Shown here: in pieces, positions 34,440 to 43,552 of the stretch | How positions within the stretch are numbered: the stretch's first letter is position 1 | How the letters are laid out: every line of letters starts with the position of its first letter | Position numbers and translations under genes: made by a program | Notes under the pieces: model-generated | Seen by the model: the letters and a program-made list of their open reading frames with translations, nothing else | Told to the model about the DNA's origin: nothing | The model's database searches: none | DNA from: Candidatus Kaiserbacteria bacterium | Lineage (GTDB): Bacteria > Patescibacteriota > Minisyncoccia > Phycocordibacterales > UBA2100 | Reading direction: 5' to 3' | Length of the DNA: 61,674 nucleotides | NCBI GenBank assembly: GCA_016217975.1 | Contig: JACRFH010000028.1 | Coordinates: forward strand, 1 to 61,674

Positions 34440-35732
34440 TCAAAACGCACCGACGCCCTTGGGTGAGCCGAGGCCTGTGGGGCCGTCGAATCCTGCCGTG
34501 GCAGTGCAGAGATACGAACCTCCGCAGCTGCCGTTGCTCCCGCTTACGATGTCGTGGAGATTGCTTGAATTTCCAAGCGTATATGGGATTTGGTTGGCAT
34601 TTCCAGAAGTATTGCCAGAGAGCGCATAGACTGCGGCTATGATGGGAGAAGAGAGACTCGTCCCTCCCACTTGCCACCATCCCGACTGGCCAAAGTAGTT
34701 CACGCTGTCGTACACTGCCGCGCCGGTATTTGGATCCGCAACGGCCGAGACATCCGCATTTGTGCGGCGCGCGCAACCCGTATCCGTCTGCCAGGATTGT
34801 TTTGCTTCAAACGCGCTGCATCCGCTTCCGGCACCGCTCCACGTCAGCTCGCTATTATACGAGCCGTCGGAATTAAGGAACAAGCTCGTACCGCCGACGG
34901 ACGTCACGTAGCGCGAGGACGCGGGGTACTCGGCACCATAGCCACTATCTCCCGATGAGACGGTAAACGCGACTCCTGGGCGATTGAAATGGTGATCGTA
35001 TGACGTTTCGCCCGAAAACTCATTGGAGCCGTACGAATTTGAAACGACGTTTGCACCAAGTGCGACCGCGCGATCCACCGCCGTCATCATATTGCTGTAG
35101 CTTGAAGAGTCGGCCTCGACGAGAAGTATGCTGCAATTCTGACACATGGCGTGCGCCACCTCCACATCGAGCGCAATCTCAAGCGCCCAGCCAGCATTTG
35201 TGCGTGGGTAGCGAGTGCCTCCTCGCTGATCTACTTTCTTGAAACACGGCACGGCAGAGTTTGCAATCGCGCCTGCGCACGCGGGCAATTTTGGAATACC
35301 AAACGTGGTGCTATAGGTATCGAGATCGCTTTGGATATTGGGATGATTATACGCATCCACGATCGCGATGATCTTTTTACTTCCCGCAATTCCGTTCACG
35401 CCGTACGCACTGCGCAATTGCGCGGGGCCATAGCCGGCAATGATCTTTGATGAGGCACGCGGCGTAAGTCCCGCGTCTGCAATTACGCGCGCGTTGCAGT
35501 GCGTCTCGCCATCTGCTGCGTCGGTGCATACCGCCACGTGCGGATTGAAACGTACGCCAAACCTGCTCTCGATATCCAGTCGCGCAAACTGCTCCTGATC
35601 CCTCTCTGAAACCGCATCTTGCCGCGCCTGCATCCGATCAGCCACCCTCCCCGCGACATCGGCAAAGGCAGCCATGCCAAAAAGCAGTGTCGTCAGAGCT
35701 ATGCCCGAGGCAACTATGCCCTTTTTGCTCAT
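34440..35732 (-). CDS. Secreted S53 (sedolisin/kumamolisin-like) serine peptidase with pro-domain
   Basis: Signal peptide, SGDSGYG, and catalytic-Ser box GGTSLSSPIIAAVYAL. Start moved to MSKKGIVAS. Confidence 0.8.
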   Translation of the reverse strand: MSKKGIVASGIALTTLLFGMAAFADVAGRVADRMQARQDAVSERDQEQFARLDIESRFGVRFNPHVAVCTDAADGETHCNARVIADAGLTPRASSKIIAGYGPAQLRSAYGVNGIAGSKKIIAIVDAYNHPNIQSDLDTYSTTFGIPKLPACAGAIANSAVPCFKKVDQRGGTRYPRTNAGWALEIALDVEVAHAMCQNCSILLVEADSSSYSNMMTAVDRAVALGANVVSNSYGSNEFSGETSYDHHFNRPGVAFTVSSGDSGYGAEYPASSRYVTSVGGTSLFLNSDGSYNSELTWSGAGSGCSAFEAKQSWQTDTGCARRTNADVSAVADPNTGAAVYDSVNYFGQSGWWQVGGTSLSSPIIAAVYALSGNTSGNANQIPYTLGNSSNLHDIVSGSNGSCGGSYLCTATAGFDGPTGLGSPKGVGAF

Positions 35733-35888
35733 GTCTGTATGGTACCACAAGTCGCCCTATCTTGTAATCCAACTCTTGTTCTTAACTGTAAAGAGCGCGT
35801 ACACGCTCATCCCAGGGGGAGAAGATATGCATAGCGCAGGAGCCGAAACGGGCCCAAAGAAAGGACCCGGATCGGGATATCACCCGTA

Positions 35889-35924
35889 GCAAAAGGTGTG
35901 GCCATAGGGAAACATGGCCACACC
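35889..35924 (-). terminator. Intrinsic terminator (minus strand)
   Basis: 11-bp stem GGTGTGGCCAT / ATGGCCACACC (35895..35905 and 35914..35924), followed on the minus strand by TTTTG. Confidence 0.55.
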
Positions 35925-35954
35925 CCCCGTCGCAATGAAGCGACCTGTCGTCAA

Positions 35955-36149
35955 CTACCGCAGGATCATCTCCTGCAGCATGCATTGGTGCTCTGCCCTG
36001 TCTCGTTTCTTTTTGCAAAGAAGCGTCCTGCCGTTCAGACAGGCTCGCGTGGCTTCGAAGAGAAGCTCCGCGTCTTTTTGGGACAGATCCTTGATGTCGA
36101 GATAGAGCCTGAGCTTTATCTCGATCGCTGGCGACTCATGACGATGCAT
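35955..36149 (-). CDS. Small hypothetical protein (64 aa)
   Basis: SD-like AAGGGGG lies 6-7 nt before the ATG. The terminator hairpin lies 30 nt after the stop. The protein is charged and helical. Confidence 0.4.
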   Translation of the reverse strand: MHRHESPAIEIKLRLYLDIKDLSQKDAELLFEATRACLNGRTLLCKKKRDRAEHQCMLQEMILR

Positions 36150-36357
36150 TGGAAACCCCCTTTCTCGTCATGTGGATGTGTTATACGCCTAAAAAGCGAA
36201 AATTCAAAGAGGCCTTTGGAGTATGTTAAATTGCACCTTAGTTGAGAACATCTGCGTTCCCTTTGCTGTCCCCCCGTCCAGCGAAGGATGCGATGGTCTC
36301 GATGGGTCCCCGAATGCCTAGTCGCATTCGGGGACTCGATGCTTTACTACGGATTGT

Positions 36358-36759
36358 TTAGAAGAAGCTGAAAAAGCTGCGCAGGCGCACCCACAGGCTT
36401 ATGAAGAAATTGACGTGGGCGGTAGTGGAGGCCGCCTGGACATCGATAGTAGTACTCGCTTGTGTACCTTGAGCTGCATCGAGGGGCAAAACGGTGGGCG
36501 CTTGTATCGGCGGCTTGGTAATGATCGTGGCGCTGTGGACAACGCCGTCGGAGGCAGCGCGAATCTCGATCTTGCCCGAATCACCATCGAGCATTGTATG
36601 GATTTCTGCATCAGCGTCTGAATTTCCGGTGACCGTCACCTGCCCCGACGAGACCTGACCGCCGGTATTAGTATCGCCGTAGTTTTGCACGACCAGCGCG
36701 GAAACCGCGACAGGAAATACGAGTGCAAACCCCGCAAAGAGAGTTCCTATTTTTTGCAT
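36358..36759 (-). CDS. Small secreted protein, weak member of the shared-module family
   Basis: Signal peptide (FALVFPVAVSA), then GGQVSSGQVTVTGNSDADAEIHT. Hydrophobic-basic C-terminus FFISLWVRLRSFFSFF. Confidence 0.55.
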   Translation of the reverse strand: MQKIGTLFAGFALVFPVAVSALVVQNYGDTNTGGQVSSGQVTVTGNSDADAEIHTMLDGDSGKIEIRAASDGVVHSATIITKPPIQAPTVLPLDAAQGTQASTTIDVQAASTTAHVNFFISLWVRLRSFFSFF

Positions 36760-36825
36760 ACCCCCACCCTACCATATCAGTGACGCGCGGCAAATTTGGG
36801 TTTACGAAACCCAAATTCTTTCACG

Positions 36826-37305
36826 TTAGCGTACCTGAAAACCGCGAATGATGATAAGCGTGGAATTGAGCCGGTTGACGGAATTCGAAACGGAGCTCGT
36901 ATTGCCCGAATTTACCGTCCCGCCGGTCTCGCCCGTGCCTCCGTCGCCGCCACTCCCAGCTAACGCTCCACCGTTATTGTTGCTGGAAGGAACAGGCGGA
37001 ACTATGTTAGTCGCATCGGAATTGCTATTGGGTGGTGCCACACCATCTGCGCCTTGTGGGCCAGCGGGTGGTGTCGTATTGCCGCCCGAATTTGCGCTTG
37101 CACCGGTAGAATTCCCGGGGTCAGTGTGTGCGAAGGGATCCCGAGGGACGACGGGACGCACGGGAATGAGCGGAGTGGTGCTGGTCACTTTTGGCACGAC
37201 GGTAACGGAGATTGCAAAAGCCGATGCTGGAGTCGTGAGCATCGCGGAGATCGCGACTACCGCAGAGACCAAACTGAAGAGCGAAACGCGGGAATATAAT
37301 TTCAT
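36826..37305 (-). CDS. Small secreted Gly/Asn/Pro-rich protein with C-terminal shared module
   Basis: Start moved to MKLYSRVSLF (signal peptide). The C-terminus is NNNGGALAGSGGDGGTGETGGTVNSGNTSSVSNSVNRLNSTLIIIR. Confidence 0.6.
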   Translation of the reverse strand: MKLYSRVSLFSLVSAVVAISAMLTTPASAFAISVTVVPKVTSTTPLIPVRPVVPRDPFAHTDPGNSTGASANSGGNTTPPAGPQGADGVAPPNSNSDATNIVPPVPSSNNNGGALAGSGGDGGTGETGGTVNSGNTSSVSNSVNRLNSTLIIIRGFQVR

Positions 37306-37337
37306 AGATGTTGCCGATAATTTATAATGTGCCGCTA

Positions 37338-40300
37338 TCAGTGGGATTTCGAGAACCAACCGCCAATAGCATTGAGAATATTTTTGTTGTCTTTTGCGTT
37401 TGCTTTCGTCGTTTGCGGTTTTGCGGGAACTTTTGGTTTCGCAATGGGGATTGCCGCAGCTGCGGGCATAGCACTTCCGGTAGTCTTCAGAGTTGAGGTG
37501 GCGGGAGATGCAGGAGGGATGGATTGTGTCGAAGGAGGAACTCCGCCGCACGCGAGGATATTAATCTTCTTGATCGTCGAGGCGTATACGCTTCCCGTCG
37601 GTGATTTCAAACCCAGCGGCTTCAAAATATCTGCGGCATATTTGGTCTGGAATGCGCGCACGGCCGCAAGAGTGAGCGTCCCAAAGAAGCCGCTTGTGGG
37701 AAGCTTGGTACCTATGGTGTTGTTGAGGAAGGTCTGCAATTTCGTCACCTGCGCCCTGTTGGTAGAGCCCATTTGGAGATTGCTGGTGATGAGCGCCTCG
37801 CATCCCCCCGAAGAAGAGTGGCCGGTATTTGAAGTCGAAACGCCCAATACTTTTCCTCCCGCAAATATCTGCACGTCATTGGATGCATCAAAAGGTTTGA
37901 GGAAGGTCGCGTCGCTCGTTGAATCAGGATTTCCCCGCGTGCCGGTGACTTCGGCCACGTTGTGATATACACCCGGCGTCGAACTTGCAGAAAATTCCAT
38001 CGTATAGGTCACCGTTATCTGATCGCCGGGAGCTACCGTGTCGAGCGCCCACTGATGTTGTGAACGTACGCTTCCCGCCGGATCATAGAGCGTGTCGGTG
38101 AGGACGCCATGATAGAGCGCGCCTGCGCTACTGTCGTTACTTACAACCACGGTGTAGTCCACCTTGGTGGGGAGTGTCGAGGTGGAGATGCTCGAGGTCT
38201 TGGTCACCGTCATTTTTGGATCTGCGGACCATCCGAGTGCATTGTTTGAGAAACCTCCCGCTACAATTCCACCCCCGCCTGCTGAACCAGAAGAACCGGT
38301 GTCTCCGGTGTTTGCAGTTTCGGTATTGGTACTCGCACCTCCGCCGCCTTGCCCAGTGCCCTCTGAACCGGAAGGACTGCCTCCGCCCCCTCCGCCCGAG
38401 CTCGAAACCGGCGGGCCTCCACCACCCGAGGAACCACTACCGCTTGAGCCGCCCGATGTGGGACTTGTCCCACCACCCGAAGTGCCAGAGCCTGCGCTTG
38501 AAGAAGTTCCCCCGCCCGAACTACCGCTCGCAGGCGGAGAAGAAAATCCGACCGGGAGGTTGATCGTCGCCGTATTGTTGCTTGAATCCTGATCATGCTG
38601 GTCCGACCCGGTGCCGACCGATGCCACAAGCGGTGCCGTCACGAAGCCACTCGAAGTAAGACCCGGCGCAAACACGCGCGCCGATGCGTCGATTGTCACG
38701 GTCGCACCTGGCGCGAGCGTGCCCAGATTCCACTGTATTCCCGAGGGAATACTAGTGAAGCGAACCGTGCTTCTCCCGAAGACAAGAAGATTTGCATTAA
38801 ACGCCGCCTGCAGTGTCGCCGTATTTGCGGCAACATCGCCGATATTTTGGACGGTGAAATGATACGTGACGTCAGTGCCCGGAGCGGTCGGATTGGGCGC
38901 ATCGACGGTGGCCGTCACTTTGAGATCGGGGCTGTGGCCGCCGAAATCGATATCGCCGTTCCAATCGCCCGCGATGTTGAAGACAGCAAACATGAAATTG
39001 CGATTCACGACATTGGTGTTGACCATGTTCACGACATTGGCGCTCGCATACGCATCACCCGTTTTGATTTTTGCGGCGCCATCCTCCACCTGTGCCGTGT
39101 TTGCGCCGGTTTCGGCCCACACATTGACGTCGGTATTCACGATCGCTTTATTTGTCGACGACGCAATGAAGTTCGCCGAATTATAGATACCTTGCGAGCC
39201 CTGCGTCGAATTGACCGCGCCGTTGCTATAGACCTCGACACCATAGTCGGTGCGGCGCCAGCTCATGCCTTCGGGAAGACCCTTCACCGTGCCGCGCCAT
39301 GCTCCCGAGACGTGGAAGACGAAGAGCGCCGATGAGCCTCCCACATGCGTTTGGTTGGCGGCGGTGAAGCTATTGGATGACGTGTGCGCGGTGCCAGTCG
39401 TTATCTCGCCGTGCCCGAGAGCGGTCGAAGTCGCGACGTTTTGCCCGGTGATCGCGTTTGCGGTCGTGGTGCCGGTAAATGTTTCGTTGTTGTTGTTTTG
39501 CACGATGTACGAGCTCGAGTTCAGATCGGGCAGCGTATTTCCCTTCTCAAAGAACGATCTAAAGAAATTCGCATCTGGAAGAACGATGTCGCCTTGCATG
39601 TCGCCGAAATTATCAAATGATGAAACGAGGTATTTCGAATTGATGAAATTCGTGTTGACGAGGTTGAGTACTCCGGCAGATGCGTAAGCGTTGCCGGTCT
39701 GCATATCTATATTGCCTGCGCGCGTCGAGGTCGCCGAGTTGCGACCGGTCGCCGCGCGTACCTCTACGATATTGTTGACCGTTCCCTCATTTTTGTTGAG
39801 TATTTGCAGCGTCGCGCTATTGAGACACGTGAGAATGGTACAGCCGAGCTGTGTCGGGCTTGCGCCTACTCCTCCGCCGATGAGGTAGGAGAGATCAGCA
39901 GCGCGCAGATCAAGACTGTCGCTCCCTTGCGGCTTCAGAAACAAGACTAGTCCCTTGGAATTGAAGAAATTAGTGTTGACGACGTTTAAGACTTGCGCGG
40001 AAGCGTTTGCCGATCCCGTGTGCACCGTAGAGTCGCCTTCTCCTCCCTCTCCCTTGTTCTCACCGGTAAATGCGATCGTCTCGTCGCTCGTGGTGACGAC
40101 GCCGGCATTCTCCGTATCGGCGGTAATCCTTGAGCTGTTGGTCGCGCCCGGCCCGTCAATGCTCGAGCGTGTGATGTTGAGAATGTTGCTCACCGTCGTC
40201 GAGGCAACTGCGCTTCCGGTAAATATGGTGCCGCCGATTTTGGCTCCGGTGCCATCGGTCGAGGTCGCAACTTTAAACAAAGGATCGATCGCGAGCGCTT

Positions 40301-41084
40301 CTGTCGAAGTCGCGCTTGCGTCTAAGACGGGCCGTGTGTCGTTTGGTCCCGGAAGCGGCGGGCCACTCGTCACATTCTGAAAATCCGTGTTGTCGGTATC
40401 GGACTGGCCCGTGGGCACGACACCAGAACCCGTGGAAGCAGTCGAGGCCGTATTCGGATTGCCAGGATCTGCCGTGGGAGTTGAGCCGCTTCCTCCGGTC
40501 GGAGGTGTGGACGTGGCACCCGAGGTTGGCGGCGTCGACGATGCCGATCCAGAACCCGGATCGGTCGGCGGCGTACTCGTCGCGGTTGGCGCAGTTGATG
40601 TCGCAATCGGCGGCGTGGTTGTCGACGCGCCGGAATCTGGAGGGGTTGATGTTGCACTTCCCGAATCCGGTGGTGAGATTGGTGTGGGATCTATATAAGA
40701 AACGATGACATTAAATGTAACGGGTATCGCGGCATTACTTGCCGCATCTGCGGCTGTGCAGGTGACGAGTGTAGTCCCGACTGGAAAATTCGAATCGGAT
40801 CCGGGTGAGCACAAGGCAACACCGGGTGGATCAATGTTGTCGGACGTAGCCGGCGCCACATATGAGACCACAATGCCCGTCGAGGACGCGGCGGTCACGC
40901 TTATGTCGCTCATGCTTGCGATCACCGGAGGAGTGATATCCGTGTGTGCATCAATCGCCGCCTGGAGCCTCTCGGAGACCTGGTCGGCACTGGTGATTAC
41001 GGGAGAAAGAGGACTGTAGACAAGAACCGTCACCAGAAGTGCGGCGAGAGTCCGAGCTATTGGTGTTGACAGATGTTTGTTCAT
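37338..41084 (-). CDS. Giant (1248 aa) surface protein: HYR-like domain, Pro/Thr linker, five shared modules, DUF11-like domain, Gly/Ser tract, second Ig-like domain, peptidoglycan-binding domain
   Basis: Signal peptide. HYR-like PPVIASMSDISVTAASSTGIVVSYVAPATSDNIDPP. Modules such as TGDAYASANVVNMVNTN. DUF11-like PDLKVTATVDAPNPTAPGTDVTYHFTVQNIGD. PG_binding_1-like NRAQVTKLQTFLNN...AVRAFQTKYA. Confidence 0.75.
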   Translation of the reverse strand: MNKHLSTPIARTLAALLVTVLVYSPLSPVITSADQVSERLQAAIDAHTDITPPVIASMSDISVTAASSTGIVVSYVAPATSDNIDPPGVALCSPGSDSNFPVGTTLVTCTAADAASNAAIPVTFNVIVSYIDPTPISPPDSGSATSTPPDSGASTTTPPIATSTAPTATSTPPTDPGSGSASSTPPTSGATSTPPTGGSGSTPTADPGNPNTASTASTGSGVVPTGQSDTDNTDFQNVTSGPPLPGPNDTRPVLDASATSTEALAIDPLFKVATSTDGTGAKIGGTIFTGSAVASTTVSNILNITRSSIDGPGATNSSRITADTENAGVVTTSDETIAFTGENKGEGGEGDSTVHTGSANASAQVLNVVNTNFFNSKGLVLFLKPQGSDSLDLRAADLSYLIGGGVGASPTQLGCTILTCLNSATLQILNKNEGTVNNIVEVRAATGRNSATSTRAGNIDMQTGNAYASAGVLNLVNTNFINSKYLVSSFDNFGDMQGDIVLPDANFFRSFFEKGNTLPDLNSSSYIVQNNNNETFTGTTTANAITGQNVATSTALGHGEITTGTAHTSSNSFTAANQTHVGGSSALFVFHVSGAWRGTVKGLPEGMSWRRTDYGVEVYSNGAVNSTQGSQGIYNSANFIASSTNKAIVNTDVNVWAETGANTAQVEDGAAKIKTGDAYASANVVNMVNTNVVNRNFMFAVFNIAGDWNGDIDFGGHSPDLKVTATVDAPNPTAPGTDVTYHFTVQNIGDVAANTATLQAAFNANLLVFGRSTVRFTSIPSGIQWNLGTLAPGATVTIDASARVFAPGLTSSGFVTAPLVASVGTGSDQHDQDSSNNTATINLPVGFSSPPASGSSGGGTSSSAGSGTSGGGTSPTSGGSSGSGSSGGGGPPVSSSGGGGGGSPSGSEGTGQGGGGASTNTETANTGDTGSSGSAGGGGIVAGGFSNNALGWSADPKMTVTKTSSISTSTLPTKVDYTVVVSNDSSAGALYHGVLTDTLYDPAGSVRSQHQWALDTVAPGDQITVTYTMEFSASSTPGVYHNVAEVTGTRGNPDSTSDATFLKPFDASNDVQIFAGGKVLGVSTSNTGHSSSGGCEALITSNLQMGSTNRAQVTKLQTFLNNTIGTKLPTSGFFGTLTLAAVRAFQTKYAADILKPLGLKSPTGSVYASTIKKINILACGGVPPSTQSIPPASPATSTLKTTGSAMPAAAAIPIAKPKVPAKPQTTKANAKDNKNILNAIGGWFSKSH

Positions 41085-41187
41085 GTTTCCCTCTATGAGG
41101 ACTCCTTTGGGATCCGGATGGGCCGTCCTTTTACCACAAACAAGACCTCATGAGAAGGAAGGATCATTGTCTGATCCTTCCTTGCTT

Positions 41188-41622
41188 TTATCGCGCACGT
41201 GCGGCTCCCGGCGCTATACAACCCGATGTTCGCGCATCACATTGGGGTGCAGGCGTGGGAGCTGGCGCAGGAGGTGGCGGATCGTCCGCAGGAGCGGGAG
41301 GATCGTTCACGGGACCGGTATTTGTCTCATGCACGTCGACAGTCTGATCGCCAGTGGTGACTGTGCCGCCAGTGTTTCCACCCGAATTTACGCTACCGTC
41401 GGTCGTCGATGTGATACCTCCCGATGGAGGCGGTCCGCCAGCTGGCGGATTAGGTGGCGTCGCGGGAGTCGATGGCACAGGGGAAGAGCTTACCGGTGCG
41501 CTCTGCAGGGTAGCGCGAAGATCAGAGCGCAGATCCGCAAATGCAGAGAATGCCGGCGACAACACCGCCCCGATCACGACTGCCAAGATTGCTGCGCGCA
41601 TACGTGTGTTTTGGGTGTTCAT
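41188..41622 (-). CDS. Small secreted Pro-rich protein with one shared module
   Basis: Signal peptide (AVVIGAVLSPAFSAFA). Module NSGGNTGGTVTTGDQTVDVHETNTG. Pro-rich tail with two Cys. Confidence 0.55.
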   Translation of the reverse strand: MNTQNTRMRAAILAVVIGAVLSPAFSAFADLRSDLRATLQSAPVSSSPVPSTPATPPNPPAGGPPPSGGITSTTDGSVNSGGNTGGTVTTGDQTVDVHETNTGPVNDPPAPADDPPPPAPAPTPAPQCDARTSGCIAPGAARAR

Positions 41623-41818
41623 AATTGTTTTATCGCAAGCGCTCCATGTATGCGTTTAGTGCCGTCCATCCTTGCGCGGCGTCCCGGTGAACTGCCGGGA
41701 GTGGTGGAAGACTCACACAAACCGCGGCAGATGCTGCAAGCGGAGAGAGCGCAATAAGAACCGTGGTACTGATCGCAAATCCTTTGATTGCTGACGCCAT
41801 AAAAAGATGTGACTTGAA

Positions 41819-42301
41819 TTAACGAAGACTAATGCGCACGATATTGGCGTTGATCACGTTGAGTGCGGTCGCGTTAGTTACCACGCTCCCTGCTCTCACC
41901 AGTCCTCCGGGAGAGGCATTGCCGCCGTTGCCGCCGTTGCCGCTCGAGGGGCCGCCGTTGTTGTCGTTACCATTTTCATTCCCATCACCATTGGGATTTA
42001 CTGGGATTGCGTTCGGATTATTTTGAGATGGTTCGTTCGTGTTGCCATCATTACCTCCTGCATTACTGTGAGATGGAGGAGTATCATCGGGCCTGCCACC
42101 GCGAGTACTCGCGAGCGTAAGATGCGCAAGAAGATCGCTCGCAAGATTGGCGTGAACTATCCCCTGCGACTGCCCACCAAGAGCGCGTGCGAGTGCGTTA
42201 CCACCACCGAGTGCCGCATTTGATTCCGCACTCGCCGCAAGCGGAGAGAGTGTGAGAAGTACTGTCGTGCCGGTAACTAGTGCCTTGAGTGTTTTTTTCA
42301 T
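41819..42301 (-). CDS. Small secreted Gly/Asn-rich protein with C-terminal shared module
   Basis: Signal peptide (TVLLTLSPLAASA). The C-terminus is DNNGGPSSGNGGNGGNASPGGLVRAGSVVTNATALNVINANIVRISLR. Confidence 0.6.
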   Translation of the reverse strand: MKKTLKALVTGTTVLLTLSPLAASAESNAALGGGNALARALGGQSQGIVHANLASDLLAHLTLASTRGGRPDDTPPSHSNAGGNDGNTNEPSQNNPNAIPVNPNGDGNENGNDNNGGPSSGNGGNGGNASPGGLVRAGSVVTNATALNVINANIVRISLR

Positions 42302-42505
42302 ACTGATTTCGAATTTGTCTTCCCTGAAAGCTGGAAGCTGATAACTGAAAGCTAGTAATGGTTCCCTCTCTGAAGTCTCGTTTCCACGCCCTTCAACTTT
42401 GTTCAGGGTAAAAAGACCTCATGAGAAGGAGGGATAAAACTCGAGCGAGCGATATCCCTACCTTCTTCAGTTCCCGATTCCTTGGGCCTGATACGTCAGA
42501 TCAAA

Positions 42506-43225
42506 CTAGATGCGAACACGAATCATGGACGTGTTCAACATGTTGATCGTTCCTGCAGTCGAAGAGGCTGCTCCAGTGCCGATTGTGCCACCGAGACCAC
42601 CTGCTCCACCTGCCCCGCCAGTGCCAGCATGGGCACCGCCGTTGTTCTCGCTGCCTACGCCACCGTCAACGACGCCGCCGTTGCCAGCTGCACCACCGGT
42701 CGAGCCATCTGCCGTGTTCTCGCCTGTGCGAGCCTTGGCGCGTGTGTCGTTATCGATGTGGTTCTGGGTCGGATACTGTCTGCTGTTATCCGTGGTGACA
42801 TCAAGAGTCAAGCTGTTGATATCGCCGCAACCGCAGTCCCCGAGGTCAACACCAGTGTCGGTGTTGTTGAGGTCATTGGAGGTTCCAGCCGTTGCCGTCG
42901 CGTCACCTGTTGTGACGAGTCCGCCAGCACCGCCGTTGCCGCCGTTGCCGCCGTTGCCGCCGAGTGCACCGCCGTTGTTTTCAGAGCCGTTCGACGTTAC
43001 ATCGCCGCCCTGACCGCCTGTACCGCCCGTGCTTCCGCCGGCTGTGTTGTCGCCAGTGTGTGAGCGAGCAGAGGTCGTGTTGTCGATCGAACCACGGTTT
43101 GTGGTCGTGATCGTGATGTGTGTGGAATTCACAGCCGCAAACGCAGGAGCTGCGAATGCGAATGTTCCCATAGACGTAGCAACCATAGTTGCGATTGCTG
43201 CCGCCTTTCTGAGTGAGTTTGTCAT
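42506..43225 (-). CDS. Secreted Gly/Asn-rich protein with two copies of the shared module
   Basis: Start moved to MTNSLRKAAAIATMV (signal peptide). Internal duplication: SHTGDNTAGGSTGG...LVTTGDATATAGTSNDLNNT and ARTGENTADGSTGG...TIGTGAASSTAGTINMLNTSMIRVRI. Confidence 0.65.
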   Translation of the reverse strand: MTNSLRKAAAIATMVATSMGTFAFAAPAFAAVNSTHITITTTNRGSIDNTTSARSHTGDNTAGGSTGGTGGQGGDVTSNGSENNGGALGGNGGNGGNGGAGGLVTTGDATATAGTSNDLNNTDTGVDLGDCGCGDINSLTLDVTTDNSRQYPTQNHIDNDTRAKARTGENTADGSTGGAAGNGGVVDGGVGSENNGGAHAGTGGAGGAGGLGGTIGTGAASSTAGTINMLNTSMIRVRI

Positions 43226-43385
43226 ATCGATTTTATTCGTTATGTGTTTTGTAATGAATAAGTTCCTGAAAGAGGCGCTTGCACACCTCCTGCAGGTATC
43301 GACCATTAATGTGGGCTGGAGCCCACGACGCGATCTCCCTAGTCCAACCACGTCGTGTGCTTCACTTTTTAATTTTTCCTTCTAA

Positions 43386-43427
43386 AGAACAAACAAAAAC
43401 AGCGAACCGCGGAATACGCTTCGCTGT
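43386..43427 (-). terminator. Intrinsic terminator (minus strand) inside the 5' region of gene 42506..43225
   Basis: Stem AACAGCGAA / TTCGCTGTT (43397..43405 and 43419..43427) with an inner GCG/CGC extension, followed on the minus strand by TTTTTGTTTGTT. Confidence 0.6.
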
Positions 43428-43552
43428 TCACACTTTCTTTATTTCTCCTGCGGTCATAATTAACCGCTGGTTCCCCTTGCCCCGTGACAACGCAGTTGTT
43501 TTACGGGGCTTGTTGCTTCTTCGCCTTTTCGGGCGCGCACGCAACGTTTTGG

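Noticed and set aside
38164-38592. Long Pro-rich plus-strand ORFs (and many others between 37327 and 41757) antisense to the giant surface gene
   Set aside because: They are shadow ORFs. GGN/AGC-rich coding sequence on the minus strand gives stop-free CCN-rich frames on the plus strand. They have no start context or signal, and they fully overlap a far better-supported CDS.
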